Below, one piece after another: positions 23,543 through 35,979 of a stretch of DNA of 64,000 nucleotides (the stretch's first letter is position 1; each line of letters begins with the position of its first letter). The translations under genes were made by a program, and so were the position numbers. Origin of the DNA: an uncultured Alphaproteobacteria bacterium (GTDB lineage Bacteria > Pseudomonadota > Alphaproteobacteria > Rhizobiales > Xanthobacteraceae); assembly GCA_963772885.1 (NCBI GenBank), contig CAVYZC010000009.1, positions 133,751 through 197,750 on the forward strand, given 5' to 3'. The notes under the pieces are model-generated. The model made no database searches and was not told the origin of the DNA. It saw only the letters and a list, made by a program, of their open reading frames with translations.

Positions 23543-24364
23543 GTGATCGCAATGTTGGAAACTGACAAGGTGTTCGCCGGCTCGATTCCGGAAAACTACG
23601 ACCGCTATATGGTGCCGTTGATTTTCGAGCAGTACGCCGCGGATATTGCACAACGAGCAGCGTCCTTGTCGCCAAGCGCCGTTTTGGAAACAGCCGCGGG
23701 CAGTGGGGTTGTCACACGCGCATTGGCGCCAAGACTGTCCCCGGGCGCAAGCTATATCGTAACCGACCTCAACCAGCCGATGGTCGACTACGCCGCATCG
23801 CGACAACCTCCCGACACTCGGATCAAATGGCGCCAAGCGGATGCTCTGGCGCTGCCGTTTGAAAATGCGGCCTTCGATCTTGTTTGTTGCCAGTTCGGCG
23901 CGATGTTCTTTCCTGACCGCTCATCTGGTTACCGCGAAGCAAAGCGAGTCTTGAAGTCCGGAGGACATTTTTTATTCAACGTATGGGATCGCATCGAGGA
24001 GAACGTATTTGCGGATGATGTGACGAATGCTCTTGCAAAGATGTTTCCGAACGATCCGCCGCGCTTTCTGGCACGCACGCCGCACGGCTACCACGATACG
24101 GCACTGATCCGTAGCGAGTTGGAGGACGCAGGCTTCTCCCGTGTGGTGATCGAGACGAGAGCCGAACAAAGCCGTGCATCCTCGCCGCGCCTTCCTGCCA
24201 TTGCTTATTGTCAGGGAACTCTTCTTCGCAACGAAATAGAGGCCAGAGACGCGGGAAAACTGGAAGCTGCAACCGACTACGCCGAATCCGCGATTGCGGA
24301 CAGACATGGCAACGGCGAGGTTGCTGCCAAAATTCAGGCACACGTAATCGTGGCTGTGGCCTAG
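23543..24364 (+). CDS. Class I SAM-dependent methyltransferase
   Basis: Intact 273-aa ORF with SAM motif I VLETAAGSGVVT, LPFENAAFDLVCCQFG and LKSGGHFLFNVW. An alternative ATG is at 23552. Confidence 0.85.
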   Translation: MIAMLETDKVFAGSIPENYDRYMVPLIFEQYAADIAQRAASLSPSAVLETAAGSGVVTRALAPRLSPGASYIVTDLNQPMVDYAASRQPPDTRIKWRQADALALPFENAAFDLVCCQFGAMFFPDRSSGYREAKRVLKSGGHFLFNVWDRIEENVFADDVTNALAKMFPNDPPRFLARTPHGYHDTALIRSELEDAGFSRVVIETRAEQSRASSPRLPAIAYCQGTLLRNEIEARDAGKLEAATDYAESAIADRHGNGEVAAKIQAHVIVAVA

Positions 24365-24371
24365 ATATTGG

Positions 24372-24445
24372 GATGTCCGCTTTTGGCACTTAGCGCCCAA
24401 TTCGGCTCATGCCTTGAACGGTAGCTTTCGGGGCGAAGCGGACAT
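24372..24445. repeat. Family D inverted-repeat mini-element
   Basis: gatgtccgcttttggcacttagcg (24372-24395) faces the inverted core gcgaagcggacat (24433-24445), starting 8 nt after the methyltransferase stop. Confidence 0.55.
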
Positions 24446-24711
24446 GGTTGGATTTTGACGCGGGATAGCGCGGACGCAGATGACCCTTAGCGGACCTAGG
24501 TCGCGTGGGTCGATTTATAGAAGAATGGCGTGATGTTGCTCTCTACCAATAGCCGGTCTGTCGTCACCGTCTCCTTAAACGCTCATGCTCCGCCGGACCG
24601 ATGAGAATCGCCGGGTTCATGATCGGGGATTGCCGGTTGATCAGGATCAAACTGTGGAGTTGCCTTTCGCGTAAAATTGATAATCAAATATTGACAGTGG
24701 TCGGTTTGGAT

Positions 24712-25275
24712 ATGGACCTTAGGGAAGCGATCTACACGCGGCGTGCAGTGCGCGAATTCACCGATGCACCGGTCGATGAAAAGACACTCCGCCAGCTTAT
24801 CGACGCGGCCATTCAGGCGCCCAGCGCAGTCAATCAACAGCCGTGGTCCTTCTGTGTGGTGCGCGACAAAGCCTTGCTCGCTCGCATCTCGCGCGAAGCG
24901 AAAGCCCATATGTTGAGAACCTCGCCCGCGGGGCTGGTGTCACATCATTTCCGAGAAATACTGAGCGATCCAAAGTTCGATATTTTCTACCATGCGCCAG
25001 CGCTCATCGTGATCTCGACCGTGGTGGAGAGCCCGTGGGCGGTTGAAGACTGCGCCTTGGCAGCGGAAAACATGATGCTCACAGCCCGTGGCGCCGGCTT
25101 GGGAACATGCTGGATCGGGTTTGCACAGACTTGGCTTGGGACGCCCGAGGGAAAAGTGGCGCTCAGTCTTCCGGCAACCTATGTGCCGGTTGCTCCGATC
25201 ATCGTCGGCCATCCGAAATCGACGCCGCCGCAAGTACCGAGAAAAGAGCCGGAAATACGCTGGATCGGCCCGTAG
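24712..25275 (+). CDS. Nitroreductase-family protein
   Basis: MDLREAIYTRRAVREFTDAPVDEKTLRQLIDAAIQAPSAVNQQPW and GLGTCWIG. The ATG at 24712 is in frame within track ORF 24601..25275. Confidence 0.85.
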   Translation: MDLREAIYTRRAVREFTDAPVDEKTLRQLIDAAIQAPSAVNQQPWSFCVVRDKALLARISREAKAHMLRTSPAGLVSHHFREILSDPKFDIFYHAPALIVISTVVESPWAVEDCALAAENMMLTARGAGLGTCWIGFAQTWLGTPEGKVALSLPATYVPVAPIIVGHPKSTPPQVPRKEPEIRWIGP

Positions 25276-25561
25276 GCGTCAAATTGGGAGCGGCGTCGGG
25301 TTCGGATTTCATACCGGATTTTCAGCGATGGATAACCATGCCGTGCGGCCATGCCGCCTCAAAGTCGTCTGCGGGGATCGGTCGATTCGACTCGAGTCTT
25401 TCCGGTTGGTAGGTTTACCCGACGTTAGCAACCACGAATAGGCGCTAACGTCTGAGAGACACGATGGCCACCGCGTTAGAGTGGCACGCGCACTCCCATC
25501 TGAAATTCGAAAGTGGTCCGCCAGTCGGTCCAGTCTGTCGAAGAGGAAGAGGGAGGATGCA

Positions 25562-25708
25562 ATGCATCGAATCATCCAATCAAATATCGATCGATACAAA
25601 TTACTGCTGGAAACCGAAACCGACCCGACGAAGCGAGCGATGATACTTCGCCTGCTTGCCGAGGAGGAGGCGAAGCAAGTAACGATGCTCCAAAAAAAGA
25701 AGGCTTAG
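25562..25708 (+). CDS. Small hypothetical protein (48 aa, charged helical)
   Basis: A strong SD (gggagg) lies 5 nt before the ATG at 25562. MHRIIQSNIDRYKLLLETETDPTKRAMILRLLAEEEAKQVTMLQKKKA. No family recognised. Confidence 0.5.
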   Translation: MHRIIQSNIDRYKLLLETETDPTKRAMILRLLAEEEAKQVTMLQKKKA

Positions 25709-25717
25709 ACTTTCAAA

Positions 25718-25927
25718 TTAGCGATTTTCGGTCCACTTACGCCAATGCGTCGGCTGGATGTCGAGGTGCTTGCTCGTTGAGGCATCGGTCCAGCTCGCCC
25801 CATTCTTGCGGCACGGGAACACAAGCGCGTGAATTCCACTATTGTCCATCACGCAGACCTCAAGGTCCATGTCGGATGGCGCAATTGAAACGGGCAGCCA
25901 TTTTTCGGGCAGCGGATGAATAGCCAC
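25718..25927 (-). CDS. Small hypothetical protein (69 aa)
   Basis: Intact ORF MAIHPLPEKWLPVSIAPSDMDLEVCVMDNSGIHALVFPCRKNGASWTDA...PTHWRKW. The layout is loosely reminiscent of DUF551-like small proteins (W...THW). This is memory-based only. Confidence 0.4.
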   Translation of the reverse strand: MAIHPLPEKWLPVSIAPSDMDLEVCVMDNSGIHALVFPCRKNGASWTDASTSKHLDIQPTHWRKWTENR

Positions 25928-25964
25928 AGTGGCGATTAAATTGACCTGTAGCGGCGCTGTCGCA

Positions 25965-25978
25965 TTGACCTACGTCAA
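25965..25978. promoter_or_regulatory. FNR/FixK (CRP-family) type binding box TTGAC-N4-GTCAA
   Basis: TTGACCTACGTCAA has perfect 5-bp inverted half-sites. A TATATT -10-like hexamer at 26003-26008 puts the box centre roughly 42-44 nt upstream of a predicted start. It lies in the AT-rich divergent region ahead of ORF 26077. Confidence 0.55.
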
Positions 25979-26076
25979 TATCGTTTCACAGATTAAGTGC
26001 TGTATATTAGTTCAAATAGTACGCCAAATTCGGCCGGTGCGATGTTGTGTCGAGCCGTCAATAGAGAAGTGTATTC

Positions 26077-26322
26077 ATGACAGATGTTGTCAAACCGGTA
26101 TCGACTTGGCGCAAGGTATTCGCGGCCGTACTCGACTTCTTGACGGTCTTTTTTGTCGGCGGCTATGTCATCGGCTATTCGACCGGCGATTTGACGAGCG
26201 ACGGGTTCAAGCTCGACGGCATGCCGGCGCTGATCTTGTTCGCGGTGATCGTTGTCTACTTCGTAGTCGGCAGCAAGTATTTGGGCGGTACGATTTGGCA
26301 ACGCATCCTCGGCACGCGGTGA
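26077..26322 (+). CDS. Small two-TM membrane protein (81 aa), hypothetical
   Basis: Two hydrophobic segments (VFAAVLDFLTVFFVGGYVIGY and ALILFAVIVVYFVVG). Sits directly upstream of the P-type ATPase. Confidence 0.55.
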   Translation: MTDVVKPVSTWRKVFAAVLDFLTVFFVGGYVIGYSTGDLTSDGFKLDGMPALILFAVIVVYFVVGSKYLGGTIWQRILGTR

Positions 26323-26535
26323 GTTGGAAATAGAGTTTCAATTTTCTCTGATTCTGGCCAGAACGGAAGCCGTGCCTGTTGGCGAACAGCCTCTTTCGGT
26401 CTCGCAAAACATATTGCGCATTAAGTTTATCCATCAAGTCGCTTGCGCGGGATTGGCATGATCGCTCCGAGCGAGCTGGGGCGTTTCCATTCAGGGGATA
26501 GATTCCCTGTGTCCAACTGCCCTAAGAAGGTTGCA

Positions 26536-29107
<2,572 letters not shown>

Positions 29108-29116
29108 CTGCGCATA

Positions 29117-30547
29117 TCACGCCGCCGCAGCTACTCCGGCCTGGTCCTTCAGGCGGGCGAGGCTCTCGGCCTTGCCGAGCACGGCGAGCACTTCGAAAAT
29201 GCCGGGCGAGGCGCCGCGGCCGGTGAGCGCCGCGCGCAAGGGTTGGGCCAGCGCGCCGAGCTTCAGGCCCTCGCGCTCGGCATAGGCGCGCAGCGCCGCC
29301 TCGGTGGCTTCGACGGTCCAGGGCTCGACCGCTTCCAGGAGCTTCAACATGCGCGCGACGATGGCGCGGCCCTCGGGGTTCAGGAGCTCGCGCGCTTTTT
29401 CGTCGAGTTCGAGCGGCCGGTCGACCAGCACGTAGTTGGCGCTGTCGATCAGCTCGACGAGCGTCTTGGCGCGCTCCTTGAGGCCGCTCATCGCGGCGAG
29501 CAGCCGGTCGCGCTTGTTGGCGATGCGCGTTGAGATTGCCGATCCGTCGGGCAGATGCGGCAGGAGTTTTTCCACGGCGGCCAGCACATCGGCGTCGCTC
29601 ATGGCGCGGAGATATTGCCCGTTCAGGTTCTCCAGCTTGGCGAAATCGAAGCGCGCCGCCGAACGGCCGACGTGCTCGAGATCGAACAGCGCGACCATCT
29701 GCTCGGTCGAGAAGATTTCCTGGTCGCCGTGGCTCCAGCCGAGGCGGACGAGATAATTGCGCAGCGCCGCCGGCAGAAATCCCATGGCGCGATAGGCCTC
29801 GACGCCGAGCGCGCCGTGGCGCTTGGAGAGCTTGGCGCCGTCCGGCCCGTGGATCAGCGAGATGTGGGCCATCTTGGGAATTTCCCAGCCGAGCGCGTCA
29901 TAGATCTGCGACTGGCGGGCGGCGTTGTTGAGATGGTCGTCGCCGCGGATGATGTGGGTGACGCCCATGTCGTGGTCGTCGACCACGACCGAAAGCATGT
30001 AGGTCGGCGTGCCGTCGGAGCGCAGCAGCACCAAGTCATCAAGTTCGCTGTTCTGCCAGACCACCTTGCCTTGCACCAAGTCCTCGACCACGGTCTCGCC
30101 GTCCTGGCGCGCCTTGAGGCGGATCGCGGGCTGCACATCGGGCGGCGCTTCGGCGGGATCGCGGTCGCGCCAGCGGCCGTCATAGCGCGCCATGCGGCCT
30201 TCGCGCCGCGCGGCGTCGCGCAGCTCCTGCAACTCCTGCGGCGTCGCGTAGCAGCGATAGGCGCGGCCCACGGCGATCAGGGCCTCGGCGACCTCGCGGT
30301 GGCGCGCCGCGCGCGGGAACTGATAGACGACGTCGCCGTCCCAGCCGATCTCGAGCCAGGAGAGCCCGTCGAGGATCGCGTCGATCGCCTCCTTGGTCGA
30401 GCGCTGGCGGTCGGTGTCCTCGATGCGCAAGTGCATCTTGCCGCCGTGGCGGCGGGCATAGAGCCAGTTGAACAGCGCGGTGCGCGCGCCGCCGATATGC
30501 AGGAAGCCGGTGGGCGACGGAGCGAAGCGGGTGACGATTCCGGTCAT
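29117..30547 (-). CDS. gltX: Glutamate--tRNA ligase
   Basis: Intact 476-aa ORF with the HIGH-type motif [17 protein letters not shown] and KMSKS-type KLSKRHG. Confidence 0.95.
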   Translation of the reverse strand: MTGIVTRFAPSPTGFLHIGGARTALFNWLYARRHGGKMHLRIEDTDRQRSTKEAIDAILDGLSWLEIGWDGDVVYQFPRAARHREVAEALIAVGRAYRCYATPQELQELRDAARREGRMARYDGRWRDRDPAEAPPDVQPAIRLKARQDGETVVEDLVQGKVVWQNSELDDLVLLRSDGTPTYMLSVVVDDHDMGVTHIIRGDDHLNNAARQSQIYDALGWEIPKMAHISLIHGPDGAKLSKRHGALGVEAYRAMGFLPAALRNYLVRLGWSHGDQEIFSTEQMVALFDLEHVGRSAARFDFAKLENLNGQYLRAMSDADVLAAVEKLLPHLPDGSAISTRIANKRDRLLAAMSGLKERAKTLVELIDSANYVLVDRPLELDEKARELLNPEGRAIVARMLKLLEAVEPWTVEATEAALRAYAEREGLKLGALAQPLRAALTGRGASPGIFEVLAVLGKAESLARLKDQAGVAAAA

Positions 30548-30765
30548 GTCATGCAGTCTTCAGGCCGTGCAATCTTCATGTCATGCAGTTCTGGGCCGCG
30601 GGCGGCTGTCTGGCGTCGCGGGCTCGTGTACCATAGGTGCGAGGCGGATCAAGGCGACTGCGGCTCGACGATTTTCTGCAAAAGCGTCTTGCGTGTGCCC
30701 GCGAATTTGTCACAAAGGCTGCGCACAGCCGCGGCAATGCGGAATCGGCAAACAAGGCTCGGATT

Positions 30766-32452
30766 ATGACGGCAGGCGAGGCGGCGGAAGCGGGGCGGGA
30801 CTTCATCCGCGACATCATCCAGGCCGACCTCGACGCCAAGCGGGTGGCGGGCGTGGTCACCCGCTTCCCGCCGGAGCCCAACGGCTACCTGCATATCGGC
30901 CACGCCAAGTCGATCTGCCTCAATTTCGGGGTGGCGCAGGAGTTCGGCGGGCGCTGCCACCTGCGCTTCGACGACACCAATCCGACCAAGGAAGAGCAGG
31001 AATATATCGACGCCATCGAGCGCGACGTGCGCTGGCTCGGCTTCGACTGGGGCAAGCACCTCTATCACGCGTCGGATTATTTCGAGCGGCTCTATGAATG
31101 GGCCGAGCACCTGATCCGCGCCGGCAAGGCCTATGTCGACGACCAGTCGCAGGACGAGATGCGCGCGACGCGCGGCACGCTGACCGAGCCCGGCAAGCAC
31201 AGCCCGTTCCGCGACCGCAGCGTCGAGGAGAACCTCGATCTGTTCCGCCGCATGCGCGCGGGCGAGTTCCCGAACGGCGCGCGCGTGCTGCGCGCCAAGA
31301 TCGACATGACGTCGGGCAACATCAATCTGCGCGACCCCGCGCTCTACCGCATCCTGCACGCCAGCCATCCGCGCACCGGCGACAAGTGGTGCATCTATCC
31401 GAGCTACGACTTCGCGCACGGCCAGTCCGACGCGATCGAGGGCATCACGCATTCGATCTGCACGCTCGAATTCGAGGATCACCGGCCGCTGTACGACTGG
31501 TTGCTCGACAATCTGCCGGTGCCGTCGCGGCCGCGGCAGTACGAGTTCGCGCGGCTCAACCTCGACCTACACGGTGCTGTCCAAGCGCGTGCTGACCGAA
31601 CTGGTGCGCGGCGGGCACGTGAAGGGCTGGGACGATCCGCGCATGCCGACGCTCGCGGGCCTGCGCCGCCGCGGCGTGCCGCCCGACGCGATCCGCGATT
31701 TCGTCAAGCGCATCGGGGTGGCCAAGGCCAACAGCACGGTCGACATGGGCATGCTGGAATTCTCGATCCGCGAGGTGCTGAACAAGACGGCGCAGCGGCG
31801 CATGGCGGTGCTGAAGCCGCTCAAGGTCGTGATCGAGAATTATCCGGAGGGAAAGACGGAGGAACTGGACGCCGTCAATCATCCCGACGATCCGTCCGCC
31901 GGCTCGCGCAAGATCCGCTTCGGGCGCGAGCTTTTTGTCGAGCAGGAAGACTTCATGGAGAACCCGCCGAAGAAATACTTTCGGCTTTCGCCCGGCATGG
32001 AAGTGCGGCTGCGTTACGCCTATTTCGTCACCTGCCGCGAGGCGGTGAAGAACGCGGCCGGCGAGGTGGTCGAGCTGCGCTGCAGCTACGATCCGGCCAC
32101 GCGCGGCGGCAACACGCCGCCGGACGGGCGCAAGGTGAAGGCGACGCTGCACTGGGTCTCGGCGGCCGACAGCGTGCCGGCCGAGGTGCGGGTCTATAAT
32201 CCGCTGTTCAGCAAGCCCGATCCGGACGCGGCCAATTTCGCCGCCGACCTCAATCCGAATTCGCTCGAGGTGCTGAACGACGCCCGCCTCGAGCCGGCGC
32301 TCGCCGGAACGAATTCAAACGCGCCGGTGCAGTTCGAGCGCCAGGGCTATTTCTGCCTCGACGCCGACTCCGAGCCCGGCCGGCTCGTGTTCAACCGCAC
32401 GGTCGGGCTGCGCGATACCTGGGCGAGGGTGGCGGGCGCCGAAAGCAGCTGA
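30766..32452 (+). CDS. glnS: Glutamine--tRNA ligase (one apparent extra base near 31565)
   Basis: [23 protein letters not shown] (HIGH) and [25 protein letters not shown] in ORF 30637... VLSKR, the anticodon-binding part and the [10 protein letters not shown] tail are in ORF 31574..32452. Confidence 0.92.
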
Positions 32453-32460
32453 GGTTCGAA

Positions 32461-32580
32461 CGCCGCCATGCTTCGAGGCGCGGCTTCGCCGCGCACCTCA
32501 GCATGACGGCGTTTTTATGCAGTCCGTCACCCTGAGGTGCGAGCCCGGCGCCAGCCGGGCGAGCCTCGAAGGGGGACGGA
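32461..32580. repeat. Family C intergenic repeat (CATCCTGAGG / CCTCAGGATG type)
   Basis: cgccgccatgcttcgaggcgcggcttcgccgcgcacctcagcatgacggc closely parallels 45391-45442. gtcaccctgaggtgcgagcccgg...cctcgaagggggacgg parallels 45258-45345. Confidence 0.75.
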
Positions 32581-32651
32581 CTACTCCCGACTCCCAATCG
32601 ATCGATCCTCCAGTTAGCATCGCCCCAAGCGCCGCGTAGGTGGGGGCAGTC

Positions 32652-34963
32652 ATGGCGCAGGAGGACCCGCAGCCGCGGGCAGGGCGGCGCGCGGCCGTGT
32701 TGGGGACGCGGCGTCTGGCAGGCGCTGCCTCTCTCGGTGATCTTTTATCTTCTGCGAGCGAAGCGCTCGCCAATTTGTTCCGCGCGGAAGCCGACGCGGC
32801 GCGGCTGGCGCCCTGGCTGCCGGTCGCGTTCGGCATCGGAATACTTCTTTACTTCGCGGCGCCCGCCGAGCCATCGCTGATCGCGGCGATGGCGGCGCTC
32901 GGGTTCCTCGTGCTCGCCGTCTGGCTCAGCCGCGAGCACGCTAGCGCGTTCGTGATCGTGCTCGGCCTCGCGTTCCTCGCCGCGGGTTTCGCGGTCTCGA
33001 CGCTGCGGGCGGCGCTGGTCGCCCATCCGGTGCTGACGCGGAACCCCGGGCCGGTGACGCTGCAGGGCTTCGTCGAGAGCCGCGACACCACCGAGCGCTC
33101 GGACCGCATCGTGCTCCGCGTCACCAGCGCCATCGCGCGCGGCAAGCAGACGATGCCGAGCCGCGTGCGGGTGGCGCTGCGGCGCGGCACGGCGCCGGCG
33201 GTGGGCGCGCACGTGGAGCTGCGCGCGCGGCTGCGGCCGCTGCTCGGCCCCATTCGCCCCGGCGGCTACGACTATGCGCGCGGCGCCTATTACCAGGGGC
33301 TGGGCGCCACCGGCTTCGTGCTCGGCCGGCCGGTGGAAAAGCCCGCGGCCGTGCCGGTGCCCTGGGACATCCGGATCGCGGCGGCGATCGACGGCGTACG
33401 CCGCGCGCTCGCGGAGCGCATCCGCAAGGTGCTGCCCGGCGAATCCGGCGCCATGGCGGTGGCGCTGGTCACCGGCATCCGCGACGGCATCTCGGCCGAA
33501 GTGAACGAGGCCATGCGCGTCTCCGGCCTCTATCACGTGATCTCGATCTCGGGCCTGCACATGGCGCTGGTGGCGGGAACGCTGTTCGCCATCGTGCGCG
33601 GGTTGCTGGCGCTGGTGCCGGGGCTGGCGCTGCGGTGGCCGATCAAGAAATGGTCGGCAATCGTCGCGCTCGCGGGCTCGGCGGGCTATCTCGTGCTTTC
33701 CGGCAACGAGGTCGCGACCCAGCGCTCGTTCATCATGATCGCGCTGGTGCTGTTCGGCGTGCTGGTGGACCGGCCGGCGCTCACGCTGCGCACGCTCTCA
33801 GCCGCAGCGCTCGCGGTGCTGATGCTTGACGCCGGAGTCGATCCTGCATCCCTCGTTCCAGATGTCGTTCGCGGCGACGCTCGCGATCGTCGCCATGTAC
33901 GACCGCTTCGGCCGGGAAATGGCGCTGCCGCCGGCGCCGCGCGCCGGTGCAATGGCGCGGACCGCTTTGGGGGCGGGGCGCTGGCTGCTCTTGGGCATCG
34001 CGACCTCGTTCATCGCCGGGCTCGCCACCGCCCCGTTCGTGGCGTTCCATTTCCATCGGCTGGCGCCGTTCGGGGTGCTGGCGAACCTGCTCGGCGATGC
34101 CGCTGATCTCGTTCGTGATGATGCCGGCGGGGCTGATCGCGGTGCTGTTGATCCCGTTCGGCTTCGACGCGCCGCTGTGGATCGCCATGGGCTGGAGCAT
34201 CGACGGCATGAACGCGATCGCGCGCTGGGTCGCCGCACTCCCGGGCGCGGAGGGCCGGGTCGGCGCCTTCGGGGCGGGGGCGCTGCTGTGTGCTGCCGCC
34301 GGGCTCCTGCTGCTCACGATCCCGGCCTCGCGGCTGAAGCTCGCCGGCGTGCCGCTGTTGGCCGTTGCGCTGGTGCTGGCGCTCAACGTGACGCGGCCGG
34401 ATATTTACATCGACGCCGACGCCGAGGCGGTGGCGGTGCGCGGGGCCGACGGCAAGCTCACGATCCAGGGCGCCAATCGCGGGCGGCTTGCGGCTTTGAG
34501 CTGGCTCGCGGCCGAGGCCGACGGGCGGACGACGAAGGACGCGCTCGCCGCAGGCTTCACCTGCGATGCGAATGGCTGTGTCGCCAAGCTCAGCGACGGG
34601 ACCATCGTAGCGGTGGCGCTCAGGCCCGAGGCCTTCGCCGACGATTGCCGCGATGCGGCGCTGGTGGTGAGCAAAAGTCAGTTGCCGGAGGCCTGCGCCG
34701 CGCCGGGCGTCGACCGGCGCACGCTTTCGACCACCGGGGCGATTTCGCTGCGGCGGATCGACGGCAAGTGGGTGGCGGAAGCAGCGCGCTCGCCCTACGC
34801 GGACCGGCCCTGGTACGGCCGGCCGGCGCCGCCCGATCCGGCCGTGCTCGATCGCCTCGCGCCGCGGCAACCTGCGCTGCCCGCGCCCGTCATCATTGAG
34901 CGCCCGCGCCCCGGCGACGTGCCGGTGCCCGATGTGCCGGAGGGGGAGGTGGTGGAGGAATAG
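32652..34963 (+). CDS. comEC: ComEC/Rec2-family competence/DNA internalisation channel protein (apparent indels near 33830 and 34100)
   Basis: Polytopic membrane protein with the competence-domain motif LYHVISISGLHMALVAG in ORF 32640... Continues through ORFs 33826.. and 33947..34963. Confidence 0.85.
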
Positions 34964-34975
34964 GCCGCGCCTTCA

Positions 34976-34999
34976 CCTCTCCCTGCACGCGGGGAGAGG
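34976..34999. repeat. REP-like hairpin between convergent comEC and lexA (possible bidirectional terminator)
   Basis: cctctccc tgcacgcg gggagagg, with the same core as the other A/B-family copies. Confidence 0.6.
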
Positions 35000-35034
35000 G
35001 GATTCTGTCGTGTCCGGAATCCGAATTGGAGAGA

Positions 35035-35736
35035 TCAATACTTCCGATACAGCCCCACCATCTTGCCCTGGATCTTCACGCGGTCGGGGCCGAAGATGCG
35101 GGTCTCGTAGGCCGGGTTGGCGGCCTCGAGCGCGATCGAGGCGCCCTTGCGGCGAAGTCTTTTCAGCGTCGCTTCCTCGTCGTCGATCAGCGCCACCACG
35201 ATGTCGCCGGTGTCGGCGGCGTCGGACTTGCGGATCAGCACCACGTCGCCTTCGAAAATGCCGGCCTCGATCATGGAATCGCCGCGCACTTCGAGCGCGA
35301 AATGTTCGCCGGTCGAGGACAGCATTTCCGGCGGCACCTGGATGGTGTGGCTGCGGTTCTGGATCGCCGCCGCCGGTGTGCCGGCGGCGATGCGGCCCAT
35401 GACCGGGATCGAAACCGGGCGGCCGCCCTCGTCGTCGGAGGCGGCGCGCACGCGCCCGAGGCTGCCCTCGATCACGTTCGGCGCGAAGCCGCGCGAGCGG
35501 CTGGGCGCGCCCGGCAGCGACGCGTCGGGCATGCGGATCACTTCGAGCGCACGGGCGCGGTTCTTCAGCCGGCGGATGAAGCCGCGCTCCTCGAGCGCGG
35601 TGATCAGGCGGTGGATGCCGGACTTGGAGCGCAGGTCGAGGGCATCCTTCATTTCGTCGAAGGAGGGCGGCACGCCCGACTCCTTCACGCGCTCGTGGAT
35701 GAAGCGGAGGAGTTCGTATTGCTTGCGGGTCAGCAT
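35035..35736 (-). CDS. lexA: LexA repressor
   Basis: Intact 233-aa ORF with the winged-helix N-terminus [29 protein letters not shown] and the S24 peptidase C-domain ([23 protein letters not shown]). Confidence 0.96.
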   Translation of the reverse strand: MLTRKQYELLRFIHERVKESGVPPSFDEMKDALDLRSKSGIHRLITALEERGFIRRLKNRARALEVIRMPDASLPGAPSRSRGFAPNVIEGSLGRVRAASDDEGGRPVSIPVMGRIAAGTPAAAIQNRSHTIQVPPEMLSSTGEHFALEVRGDSMIEAGIFEGDVVLIRKSDAADTGDIVVALIDDEEATLKRLRRKGASIALEAANPAYETRIFGPDRVKIQGKMVGLYRKY

Positions 35737-35817
35737 GGCGGCGCTCGCCTTCTTGCTTCTTGGGCTTCGTTCCGGGCCCGGGACGGGTCAGAAACAAAGC
35801 ATGAACGGAAACTATCC

Positions 35818-35832
35818 GTTCCAGTTGTGTTC
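35818..35832 (-). promoter_or_regulatory. Alphaproteobacterial SOS (LexA) box
   Basis: Plus strand GTTC-cagttgt-GTTC equals GAAC-N7-GAAC on the lexA coding strand, 82-96 nt upstream of the lexA ATG. Confidence 0.75.
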
Positions 35833-35979
35833 TTCAAGCGTGAAAAAGGCCCTAACGGCGCCTCGGCAAGCCCTTGCGGGTGCTGGCGAGGCTGAAAAAT
35901 CGAGTCAATTTGTCGGCTTAAAGCCTTGGATAGGCTTGATTATTTGGCTTGCTGAAGTTTCGCCGGGATCGCCGCGCAA

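Noticed and set aside
24677-24687. TTGAT-A-ATCAA upstream of the nitroreductase gene as a second FNR/FixK box
   Set aside because: The half-sites are right but the spacer is 1 nt instead of 4, which is incompatible with CRP/FNR-family dimer geometry. It may be an operator for another regulator, but I cannot support a call.
32450-32475. tRNA-like T-arm (GAGGTTCGAACGCC) after glnS
   Set aside because: No complementary T-stem, acceptor stem or anticodon arm can be drawn around it. The sequence is the edge of a family C repeat.
35803-35821. GAAC-N11-GTTC palindrome as a second, independent LexA operator
   Set aside because: The spacing and inverted orientation do not match the alphaproteobacterial direct-repeat GAAC-N7-GAAC box. 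It overlaps the genuine box region and may just be part of the same site, so it is mentioned but not called.
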